Shown in pieces: positions 8,028 to 16,227 of a stretch of 20,000 bases of DNA (within the stretch, counting starts at the first letter, position 1; the number at the start of each line of letters is the position of its first letter). Source of the DNA: an uncultured virus (IMG/VR IMGVR_UViG_3300032668_000010) (taxonomy: Duplodnaviria; Heunggongvirae; Uroviricota; Caudoviricetes); IMG/VR virus record IMGVR_UViG_3300032668_000010; one strand, given 5' to 3'. Position numbers and translations under genes: made by a program. The notes below the pieces were generated by a model. The model was not told where the DNA came from. It ran no database searches and saw nothing but the letters and a program-made list of their open reading frames with translations.

Positions 8028-9222
8028 AATGGATAACCTTAATATTTCCTGTCTGTGGATACTTGCGCCATGGATCAATTATAACACTACCTTGTTCTAT
8101 TCTGCAATATAAACTTTGATTATCTGTTACCCCGGCATAGCCATATGTAATTTGTTGATTGTGTGCTAACAATACACAGCCCATGATTGCGTCTGGTGTT
8201 GACTCTTCTGTTAAGGGATCAATGTATGTAACAGTAATACCCATCTCTTGTAGGTAATAACCTACCAACAGGCTGTAACTACCTTCAAGGTATGCCACAT
8301 TAGGCTTGTACGCTTTACCGTGAATAAATACCGGCAAGCCCTCTCGATTATCGTAAATGTAACGAGCCATGTTCTTTGCCTGTTGCTCACGTGCTTTCAT
8401 GATAGTATCAAACAAGTCGTAACCTAGATCTAACTCTTCGGCCAAGTAGCGCAATGCGATATTATCACGAGGGTGGCAAGGACCAGCATCGCCTAAACCT
8501 GCTGTCATATATTTTGGACCCATGATACGCATTGTGCTATTAGCTAGTGCATCTGTTACTACGTCTACATTGATGTTGCCTTGTTTGATGGCAACGTCTT
8601 GAATCATATTTACTAGACCAATCTTGGCACTAATAAACGTATTGTAAAACACTTTGATACATTCTGCTTCGTCCCACGTACCTACTACGTACCTCGGATT
8701 GTTTTCCATTATTGTATTATAGAAGTCGGTCAATAAACGAGCATCGCCGGTCTCGCTACCATCTTCAGTACCAATGATAACCATCTCTGGGTTAACCATG
8801 TCCCATTCAACTGATCCCATTGCGATTAAGTATGGGTTATAAATGAAACGTGCGTTGGTAATATTGTTTTTAAGTTCTCGTCGTGTAGTGCCTGGAAGAA
8901 CTGTGGAGATAAGAACTACTAGTTGATTTGATGTTGCAAATTCATTTACTTGTTTAAGAACTGCGTTTACAATAGTGTAGTCAAAGTCTTTGTTCCGTAA
9001 ATGAGTAATAGGTTGATCGCCGCCGTAACTAGGATCGTGTGGTGTTTGGACAGCAATAAAGATTAGATCTTTACCTTCCACTGCTTGTTGCAAAGTGGAT
9101 GCAATAGTTATTTTGTCGCTAGTTACTGGATAAATATCATATCCAGTTACGTTATGCTTAGTTGCCATAGTTTCAGCACAAGCCATTCCCAATTTACCAA
9201 CCCCAATAAATCCTACATTCAT
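7999..9222 (-). CDS. ugd: UDP-glucose/GDP-mannose dehydrogenase family protein (start revised to MNVGFIGVGKLG)
   Basis: Rossmann GxGxxG, FIAVQTP, ISTVLPGTT, AECIKVFYNTF (catalytic Lys), GPCHPRD (catalytic Cys), GKAYKP; AAGGA SD before ATG 9222. Exact substrate unknown. Confidence 0.9.
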   Translation of the reverse strand: MNVGFIGVGKLGMACAETMATKHNVTGYDIYPVTSDKITIASTLQQAVEGKDLIFIAVQTPHDPSYGGDQPITHLRNKDFDYTIVNAVLKQVNEFATSNQLVVLISTVLPGTTRRELKNNITNARFIYNPYLIAMGSVEWDMVNPEMVIIGTEDGSETGDARLLTDFYNTIMENNPRYVVGTWDEAECIKVFYNTFISAKIGLVNMIQDVAIKQGNINVDVVTDALANSTMRIMGPKYMTAGLGDAGPCHPRDNIALRYLAEELDLGYDLFDTIMKAREQQAKNMARYIYDNREGLPVFIHGKAYKPNVAYLEGSYSLLVGYYLQEMGITVTYIDPLTEESTPDAIMGCVLLAHNQQITYGYAGVTDNQSLYCRIEQGSVIIDPWRKYPQTGNIKVIHYGNTRNNQV

Positions 9223-9224
9223 AT

Positions 9225-10445
9225 ATGTTTTCCTTAGATAGATTCTATAATATACTTCATAATAATTTGATATCAAAATGTGCTAACGGCAAATCTATAT
9301 ACTTTTTTCCGTTCGGTACATATGAAGACAAAGTTGTGTTGGCCAATAGCTTTAGCATCAATGACTACATAAACCCCATAAATGAAAAAGCCGATCGTCC
9401 GTTTTTTCAGTGCTATTTTGCTGACCAGGAACCGTATTATAATGAAACGTTTCCTATACTAAAAGATGCATTAATTCATCGAGATCATGTTATGCCAGAT
9501 ACTCGCATTAATATTTTGGCTAACAGTGAAAAATCCCAACTTAAAAATGATTTTGTAAAATCACAAAACTATTACGATTGGTATTATTTTTATCACGGAT
9601 TTGTAGCATTAGATTGGTATAGGGATTTTCAGTATTTGACACCAGATTCATTTAATCGGTTTGATAAAGTATTTATATGTTACAACCATCTTATCTCAAA
9701 ATATCGTTCCTATCGATTGCACCTTGTTAGTAATCTTATAGATCATGATTTAATTAAGCATGGACGGGTTAGTTTATTTCTTGAAGATACACACGGTACG
9801 TGGGAAGAAGCTGTTTGGCATCCTGACACGCCGCTTGACACCCGTGCCCGTTTAAAAATATACAAGACATTACGCGGTGTAACTGACACATTAACAATAG
9901 ATACTGTTACCCCCAACGGTACATTGAGTGCTAATGTAAAATTTGATGATTTAACTAGTGCGTTATTCCATGTTGTTACGGAAACTGTTTACTTTCACGA
10001 TAAACTACATTTAACCGAAAAGGTATTTAAGCCTATTGTTGCTAAAAGACCATTCTTCTTAGTAAGCACCCCGGGGAGCCTGGCATACTTAAAGAGCTAC
10101 GGTTTTAAAACCTTTGATCGTTGGATAGATGAAAGTTACGATACAGAACAAGATCATTATATACGCATAGAAAAAATCACAGAAGAAATAGCTCGATTAT
10201 GTGCCATGGATCGCGGTGCATTAAAACAAATGCACTTGGAAATGCAAGAAATATTAGAATACAATTTTAATCATTTTTATAACAAGTTTAAAGATATTAT
10301 AGTAGATGAGTTAGTTGATAATTTTGAACACATACTTTGTCGGATCAACAATGGCCGACAACCTAATAATCATAGTAAGCATCATCAACGATTTGAACTT
10401 TCTCCAGAATACCTCCAGGATGTAAAAAAGCGCCTTAAGCAATAA
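9225..10445 (+). CDS. Uncharacterised phage protein, putative glycosyltransferase-like (paralog of 3437..4546)
   Basis: 406-aa ORF; FHVVTETVY...HLTEKVFKPIVAKRPF...GFKTFDRWIDESYD. Confidence 0.6.
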   Translation: MFSLDRFYNILHNNLISKCANGKSIYFFPFGTYEDKVVLANSFSINDYINPINEKADRPFFQCYFADQEPYYNETFPILKDALIHRDHVMPDTRINILANSEKSQLKNDFVKSQNYYDWYYFYHGFVALDWYRDFQYLTPDSFNRFDKVFICYNHLISKYRSYRLHLVSNLIDHDLIKHGRVSLFLEDTHGTWEEAVWHPDTPLDTRARLKIYKTLRGVTDTLTIDTVTPNGTLSANVKFDDLTSALFHVVTETVYFHDKLHLTEKVFKPIVAKRPFFLVSTPGSLAYLKSYGFKTFDRWIDESYDTEQDHYIRIEKITEEIARLCAMDRGALKQMHLEMQEILEYNFNHFYNKFKDIIVDELVDNFEHILCRINNGRQPNNHSKHHQRFELSPEYLQDVKKRLKQ

Positions 10446-10497
10446 ATACTTGTACATTAAAGAACAGCAACAAGCTGTCGAGATCGAGGAGCTATGT

Positions 10498-10779
10498 ATG
10501 GGTGAAATTTTTAAGATTATTGGTGATTTGGGTTTTCCTGTTGCAGCGGCACTAGCTGGCGGGTACTTTGTATTCCTAACCATCAAACTATTACTAGGCG
10601 GTGTTCTTAGTAGTGTCAAGGGCATGGCCGGCATTATTACTGCCTTAGACAATCGTGTTAAAACGATGAACCACGATGTTATACGCATTGATACTGTAGT
10701 AAGTAACGCACTAGGTCTACGTCCTGATGTAGAACGTATTAGTCGTGCAGATGGCAAGACAGACGCAAGAAGAGATTAA
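10498..10779 (+). CDS. Small single-TM membrane protein (GFP-motif, YvrJ/holin-like), start revised to MGEIFK
   Basis: GAGGAG SD at 10486-10491, TAAATA at 10443-10448; LGFPVAAALAGGYFVFLTIKLLL TM segment followed by a coiled-coil. Confidence 0.7.
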   Translation: MGEIFKIIGDLGFPVAAALAGGYFVFLTIKLLLGGVLSSVKGMAGIITALDNRVKTMNHDVIRIDTVVSNALGLRPDVERISRADGKTDARRD

Positions 10780-10970
10780 TGAATTATATTGGTTACGATT
10801 TTAGTCTAACCGAACGTGGTATCGGATTAGATGACGAACTTGATATTGATAAATTGGGTTGGCATGCTGGAGACTATTTTCGATTAGAAAATGTCAATGG
10901 TCGTGTAATGTTGCGTAAAATAGATCCACTAGAAAAATTTCTAATAGACGGAGAATCAAAAAATGGGTGA
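10779..10970 (+). CDS. Small protein, AbrB/MazE/SpoVT-like swapped-hairpin candidate
   Basis: Coupled by TAATG overlap; KLGWHAGDYFRLENVNGRVMLRK fits the LGxxxGDx(hydrophobic)...GxxxLxK pattern. Confidence 0.5.
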   Translation: MNYIGYDFSLTERGIGLDDELDIDKLGWHAGDYFRLENVNGRVMLRKIDPLEKFLIDGESKNG

Positions 10971-11286
10971 AATAGCAGAATTAGTTAATAAGTATGGCTT
11001 TCCAATTGTCATGGCAATCGGTATGGGTTATATTATTCATTATGTGTGGAAATGGGCAACAGTTGAAGTTAAGCCAGTGATTACAGATGCTAATACTGTG
11101 CTTATTGCTCTTATTGATCGTATCCGTATGTTGGACAATGACTTGATTAGACTTAATCAAAAGGTTAATACTGTGCTACACCTACGCGGTAAAACAATTG
11201 AACACGAACGGGTCGAAGCTGAAGCAGAAATTAATAAATTAACCAAGTCAGATGACGACAAGGAAGCCGCAGGCGGCAATGGCTAA
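10963..11286 (+). CDS. Small single-TM membrane protein, paralog of 10498..10779
   Basis: GGAG SD; MGEIAELVNKYGFPIVMAIGMGY ... ALIDRIRMLDNDLIRL aligns with MGEIFKIIGDLGFPVAAALAGGY ... ALDNRVKTMNHDVIRI. Confidence 0.75.
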   Translation: MGEIAELVNKYGFPIVMAIGMGYIIHYVWKWATVEVKPVITDANTVLIALIDRIRMLDNDLIRLNQKVNTVLHLRGKTIEHERVEAEAEINKLTKSDDDKEAAGGNG

Positions 11287-11438
11287 TTAGGCTTGCAGAT
11301 ATTACCTTTAGATCCATTTAAACTATAGACACTGATCCAACGGTCAAGTTCTGTGCCGTATTCAGCAAAACGGTATGGCAGGAAATAGATGTGTAATGCC
11401 CACCATACGTAACTATCCAACACTTTGTCTATAATCAT
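11283..11438 (-). CDS. Small hypothetical protein (51 aa, MIIDKVLDSYVWWALHIYFLP...)
   Basis: ATG at 11438 overlaps the cyclase stop as ATGA; aromatic and hydrophobic N-terminus. Confidence 0.5.
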   Translation of the reverse strand: MIIDKVLDSYVWWALHIYFLPYRFAEYGTELDRWISVYSLNGSKGNICKPN

Positions 11439-13486
11439 TTTTCGTGTGCGATAAATTCGCCGTTCCAATTAGCAGGTAAGTCCTGTTGCTTCATGAACTC
11501 ACAACGCTCTATCCAAATCTTGTAGTACTTGTCCATTTGTCCGCCAAAGTTACCAACGAGCTTTTTACACATCGCGGCCGCTTCATCAAACTTCTTAGCC
11601 TTGTATAAGGCATGCATAGCATTGTGTTGTTCTCGATCTTTTGTGTAGTCTGCACCCTTGGTACGTAGAACTGTGTAGATTAAGTCTGCTACAGTCTTAC
11701 CTTTAGGTTGTAAGTTATCTAGTAACAAGTAGAAGAAATCATCTTGAGTACGGTTATAAGTTTCTGCGCCAATAATACACAATACACCATAGGCTTTACA
11801 ACGTGCTTCTAAGCGAGCAGCAGTTGATACGGAATCACCCAGAATATCGTAGCTATGTCTGTCAGTTGAGCCCATTTCACCAATAAAGCCAATACCTGTA
11901 TTACAGCCCCAGCCCATTGCAGCAGGTGGTAATCCTTGTGCTTCCATTAGTTTAGTATATTCATCTACAGCATCTAACATCTCAAGTCCTACCTTAACGA
12001 TAGTACGTGCATGATTAGGATCTTCAATAGGAGCACCGAACATATACATTGAAGCATCTCCTACATATTTTAAGACCATACCGTTATTATCTAGCACCGG
12101 CTTGCTAATAGCGTCCATATAGCCGTTCATATACCGGCCAAGACCGGCCACATCGTCGCCATAATGTTCACCAATCGGGGTAAACCCTCTAAGGTCGCTA
12201 AAAGCAACCGATACATCTTTTCGAACGCCTTGCTTTACAAGTTCGGGATTTTTCTGTAGCATCTCTACTACTTCCTTACTACAGTAACCAGCAAACTGTT
12301 TCTTAATTGCTTGCTTCTGTAAGAACTCGCTTACGAACTTCACCCCATAAGTATGGAGAGCAACCAGGACAAGACCACCAACCACCACAGTAATGTCAAA
12401 CAGCCAAGCCCTACTCGAATACATATAATTAGAAAGAGGAATAGCCCCGCCAATAACGATAACTGCTGAAAGAATGCCAACATAAGTCCACCTTGAAAGA
12501 AAAATTAATAGAATACCCAGTGCAACAAAGCCTATGACTTCTGCACCCTCGGCCCAGTCTGGACGAGTAATAACAGGACGTGTCTTGTTAGCAATTACAG
12601 TACCCAGTACAGCCGCTTGTAAATCTTGTGGTAGCATTTCACCTAAACTTGTTGCAACAGGGTTAGCTAGTCCTTGTGCCGATACACCTACTATAACAAT
12701 CTCACCTTCAAAGTCTCGAGGCAAGTCAGTTAAACTATAATGGTCTGGAGTCAATGACCAGTCAATCCATATACGTGACAAACTATCTGTAGCCACAATG
12801 CCTTGACTAGGTATACGCATCTTCTCTACACCGTTGTCATTTACTTTGATCTGTACAGTTGAATCGCCTCCGGCTACACGTAAAGTCTCCATTGCCAGGT
12901 TGGGATATAGTTGACCATTGTATGCAACTACTAACGGCATACGACGTACAACACCGTCTACTTCAGGAAATGTATTTGTAATACCAACACCTGCGGCAGC
13001 GGATTCTACTTGCGGTATATTAGCAATAATGCCAGGGAACTCTACAAACGCTTCTTGGTTGAAACTTCCAATGACCGCTGAACCTGGGGCTCGTGGATTG
13101 TTTCTAGTTGTTGCTCCTCCGACGCTAGGAAGAACTGTTGGGTATTGTTTAAGTGCTTGTACATAATCTTGGTCACGACCGAGGCGATCACGATCAGGAG
13201 TAAAAATATTGAAAACAACAAGACCAGCATTCCGCTTATAAAGATCGGCGATAATGCGGCCATAGATATCTCGACTGAATGGAAATTGTCCATATTTTTC
13301 TAGTGCCTTTTCATCAATGTTTACTACGCTAACCCCAATCGGTTCTGCTGTCTTGCTGGTTACTAGTGTATCAAAGTAACGTAGGCGAACACTTTCAACA
13401 AATGTAGGATCTGATATACGCAGAGCAGTTACAAGGGCTAGAGTTAATAAAGCAGTCCAGGGACTGGTTAGTATTTTTTTGAACAT
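11435..13486 (-). CDS. CHASE2-domain membrane-bound class III adenylate cyclase
   Basis: N-terminal TM, CHASE2 motifs (VVNIDEKAL..YGQFPFSR, DGVVRRMPL, IVIVGVSAQG), three TM helices, cyclase motifs FSDLRGFT, KYVGDA, YDILGDSVSTAARLE, QPKGK, C-terminal TPR-like tail ending WNGEF. ATG at 13486 (TTG at 13489 in ORF track). Confidence 0.93.
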   Translation of the reverse strand: MFKKILTSPWTALLTLALVTALRISDPTFVESVRLRYFDTLVTSKTAEPIGVSVVNIDEKALEKYGQFPFSRDIYGRIIADLYKRNAGLVVFNIFTPDRDRLGRDQDYVQALKQYPTVLPSVGGATTRNNPRAPGSAVIGSFNQEAFVEFPGIIANIPQVESAAAGVGITNTFPEVDGVVRRMPLVVAYNGQLYPNLAMETLRVAGGDSTVQIKVNDNGVEKMRIPSQGIVATDSLSRIWIDWSLTPDHYSLTDLPRDFEGEIVIVGVSAQGLANPVATSLGEMLPQDLQAAVLGTVIANKTRPVITRPDWAEGAEVIGFVALGILLIFLSRWTYVGILSAVIVIGGAIPLSNYMYSSRAWLFDITVVVGGLVLVALHTYGVKFVSEFLQKQAIKKQFAGYCSKEVVEMLQKNPELVKQGVRKDVSVAFSDLRGFTPIGEHYGDDVAGLGRYMNGYMDAISKPVLDNNGMVLKYVGDASMYMFGAPIEDPNHARTIVKVGLEMLDAVDEYTKLMEAQGLPPAAMGWGCNTGIGFIGEMGSTDRHSYDILGDSVSTAARLEARCKAYGVLCIIGAETYNRTQDDFFYLLLDNLQPKGKTVADLIYTVLRTKGADYTKDREQHNAMHALYKAKKFDEAAAMCKKLVGNFGGQMDKYYKIWIERCEFMKQQDLPANWNGEFIAHEK

Positions 13487-13493
13487 CAAGTAT

Positions 13494-13915
13494 TTATTTT
13501 ATTTGAATTAGGTTATCTTTGAAAATACTCCAACATTCTTCCCAGGTCCAGTGTAGACTAGATTCTTTAACTTGTGCTCGATCTAGAGTTAAGCATTTAC
13601 GAACAGCTTCTTCAAGATCCCAATCCATACACCCGTTTACACCCGGCTCAATAATGTCTATAGGGCCTTGTACCGGAAATGCCGCTACTGGAGTTCCTTG
13701 TGCCATTGCTTCTATAATAACTAAACCAAATGTATCTGCGCTACTTGGGAATACAAATACATCTGCTTGATTATAATAGTCTACTAGTTCTTGTCCTGAT
13801 TTATACCCCACAAACTTAGCCCACGGTAACAATCTACGAGCATCTTTCATGTACGGCCCATCACCTACAATGACCAACGTATATTCTGTGGGATCTAATT
13901 CTGCTAAAGTTGCCA
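13494..13915 (-). pseudogene. C-terminal half of a GT4 (GT-B) glycosyltransferase, N-terminal domain missing
   Basis: IVGDGP, ADVFVFPS, DTFGLVIIEAMAQGTPV motifs are clear, but only about 140 GT-like residues fit between the adhesin and the cyclase; upstream sequence belongs to another reading frame. Confidence 0.7.
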
Positions 13916-14022
13916 ACAAACTGCTGTATTTCAAAATAGCCGCCGCAGTCCTGTACATATAAACTAACATCGTCTAAATTTTCTTTATAATAGCGATATT
14001 TGTTTATGGTAAAGGATATCAT
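13861..14022 (-). CDS. Short ORF (53 aa, MISFTINKYRYYKENLDDVSLYVQDCGGYFEIQQFVGNFSR...), probably a 5' gene remnant joined out of frame to the GT fragment
   Basis: Hand-translated; ATG overlaps the adhesin stop as TAATG at 14022; TGA at 13861-13863 lies inside the GT sequence. Confidence 0.5.
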   Translation of the reverse strand: MISFTINKYRYYKENLDDVSLYVQDCGGYFEIQQFVGNFSRIRSHRIYVGHCR

Positions 14023-16226
14023 TAGTTACCCTGGCGAACAGTTATTGTGCCGCAGGTGGTATAACAAGTTTGTGTAACACTATAACTTTGTCCACCAGTT
14101 TGTGTTAAATTTACACTTGCTGGAGCACCGCTATTAACTAAAGATATTGACGCAGAGTTTGCGCCGCTTGCACCTGTATTTGATTGCGTTACTGTAGCAG
14201 AGTTGCTGTTACCTGTTGCACTAACACTGATATAACTGGCACTAGTTCCTGTTTGACTTGTTGTTACTGTATTGCTATTACCTGTTACACTGGCAAATAA
14301 TTGATTGCGAGCTGTACCTGTTTGTGTAATACCAACGGTGTTTAAGTTTCCATTAATAGTTACACTAGCAAACTGGCCAGCATTGGCAACAGTATTCTCT
14401 TGCACTACAGTCAAGTTATTACCAGTACCATTGACATAATCATATTGATAGTGCCCACCTTGATCAAGTCCTGTTGCTGTGCCTGTGCTACTTGTACCTT
14501 GATTTAAATTAAGAGTGTTACTACCTCCTGCAGAATACAAGTCTATTAGGTTATTACCTGTATGTGCAGTAGGATCACCTTGGCGTACAGTTATATGATT
14601 ACTGCCTCCAGTAATAATTGCAGCAGTAGCAGTAGCACCATCTAATCTATTGCCTGCACCAACTTGCGTAATATTAATTGCGTCTCCATTACCAGTTTGG
14701 TTAATATAAATTACATTATTAGTAAGTCCCGGCATAGTGACTGCGTTAACTTGATTCTGTTGTGCGGTAGTAATTGTACTAGAGCCACCCGACGTGGATG
14801 TGTTGATCAATGTAGCTGAGCCATTGTTGGCTGTAGTTGTGCTACCATCACTCCATGTTGTGGTTGTAATAGGTTGGCTATAGTAGCTAGTAGTACTACC
14901 ACTGGTACTAGATGTTGTGATAACAGAGTTTGCTGTGCTTACTACAGTTGGAGCAGAGGAACCGCCGGTTCCGCCGGTCTGTCCAGCAGTTAGCGGAGTA
15001 CTACTCATACCACCAGATAATGTATTAGTTTGTGCGGCTGTTGGATTTTCTACTCCAGTGAAGGTAGCACCTTGTCCTGTTAATCCCAAGTTACCACTGA
15101 GCAATGTTCCATTGTAGTTACTATTAGTAAAGAACAAATACAAGTTACCATTACTAGCAGTACCTTCAACTAATATGCGCCCAGTACCCAATGCTCTAAA
15201 TGATCCATCAGCATTAACCAGAATCATAGTCCACGGATTAGTTGCACTATCACTTCCTGTATTAGGAATAAACGTAACATACTGAGTACTACCGATTGCT
15301 GTCCAGCTACCTGTTTCGTATGTGCCACCTGGGCTTGTGCTATATACCTGACATGTTGCGGTTTGTGTGCAAGCACTGACATTCCATTGCGTATCTGCTA
15401 CTTGACTTGCACCAAAGTGTACTCCGGTAAATGCCGAGCTTGATAAGGTTGTTTGTGTTGCTGTACCAACTACTGTAGAAACTGCGCCATCGCTATAGGT
15501 TGTTGTAGTTGTAGGTGTTGTTACAGTTACTTGTTGATTGCCAATAATAACTGTACTGGTTGCAGTTGTTGTAGTAGTGCCTGTTACAGTAACTGCCGGA
15601 GCTCCGCCCACACCTTGTGTTGCCTGCGGAGTGACCATTGTAGTAAATCCAGCACTAGCACCAGGAGTACATGTAAAGATAGTTGTACCTGCGGCACATG
15701 CACCTGCATAGGTTCCTACTTCAATACTGGGATTGCTACTGGCATTTGTTCCAGACAAGTAGAAACTGATATTGTATGTTGAGCCTGCGGTTACACTTAT
15801 ACTTTGATAGATACCGTCGTAACTACCAACTGCGCCATCGTACCATTGATAAGGACTCCAATACCCAGCAGCCGATGGTACTGTTCCGTTTTGATACCAT
15901 ACTCCCCAATCAGCTGGTGCTTGTATTCCCACAGAGGTTGATCCACCATATTGTAAGTTACCATTGGCTAATAAGTTAGTGGATGATCCCGACTTGGTAA
16001 CTGCGGCATTGGTAAATGTCCAGTAACCTGGATCCTGTCTAAAAGCAAAACCAATGTAGTCTGCACCGGTTGTGTTGGCTGTAAAACTATAATTGTACTG
16101 TATATTACCGCTAGAATAATTTAATACCCCACCCAAGTATCCACTTGGAAGATTCTGTGCGTGTGCCTTGGGAGTACAGAATCCAACAAGGCTGGCGATA
16201 AGGATAGTGGCAAGTATTTTAAACAT
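14022..16226 (-). CDS. Secreted 734-aa adhesin-like protein: signal peptide, beta-sandwich domains, Thr-rich linkers, C-terminal curlin-like repeats
   Basis: Signal ending AHA-Q; aromatic-rich domain NLLANGNLQ...YDGIYQSISVTAGSTYNISFYL (CBM-like); C-terminal N-x-x-x-I-x-Q-x-G-x-x-N repeats; very rich in G/T/S/N/Q. Confidence 0.8.
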   Translation of the reverse strand: MFKILATILIASLVGFCTPKAHAQNLPSGYLGGVLNYSSGNIQYNYSFTANTTGADYIGFAFRQDPGYWTFTNAAVTKSGSSTNLLANGNLQYGGSTSVGIQAPADWGVWYQNGTVPSAAGYWSPYQWYDGAVGSYDGIYQSISVTAGSTYNISFYLSGTNASSNPSIEVGTYAGACAAGTTIFTCTPGASAGFTTMVTPQATQGVGGAPAVTVTGTTTTTATSTVIIGNQQVTVTTPTTTTTYSDGAVSTVVGTATQTTLSSSAFTGVHFGASQVADTQWNVSACTQTATCQVYSTSPGGTYETGSWTAIGSTQYVTFIPNTGSDSATNPWTMILVNADGSFRALGTGRILVEGTASNGNLYLFFTNSNYNGTLLSGNLGLTGQGATFTGVENPTAAQTNTLSGGMSSTPLTAGQTGGTGGSSAPTVVSTANSVITTSSTSGSTTSYYSQPITTTTWSDGSTTTANNGSATLINTSTSGGSSTITTAQQNQVNAVTMPGLTNNVIYINQTGNGDAINITQVGAGNRLDGATATAAIITGGSNHITVRQGDPTAHTGNNLIDLYSAGGSNTLNLNQGTSSTGTATGLDQGGHYQYDYVNGTGNNLTVVQENTVANAGQFASVTINGNLNTVGITQTGTARNQLFASVTGNSNTVTTSQTGTSASYISVSATGNSNSATVTQSNTGASGANSASISLVNSGAPASVNLTQTGGQSYSVTQTCYTTCGTITVRQGN

Positions 16227-16227
16227 A

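Noticed and set aside
9223..9276. N-terminal extensions in the ORF track (7999..9276, also 216..713, 2186..2464, 7509..8078, 10450..10779, 11283..11468)
   Set aside because: Downstream ATGs have better SD or coupling, match domain starts and avoid long overlaps.
13916..13970. 13494..13970 as an intact 158-aa glycosyltransferase
   Set aside because: The first ~20 residues lack GT4 features and are an alternate frame of the ORF starting at 14022; a GT-B enzyme needs both domains.
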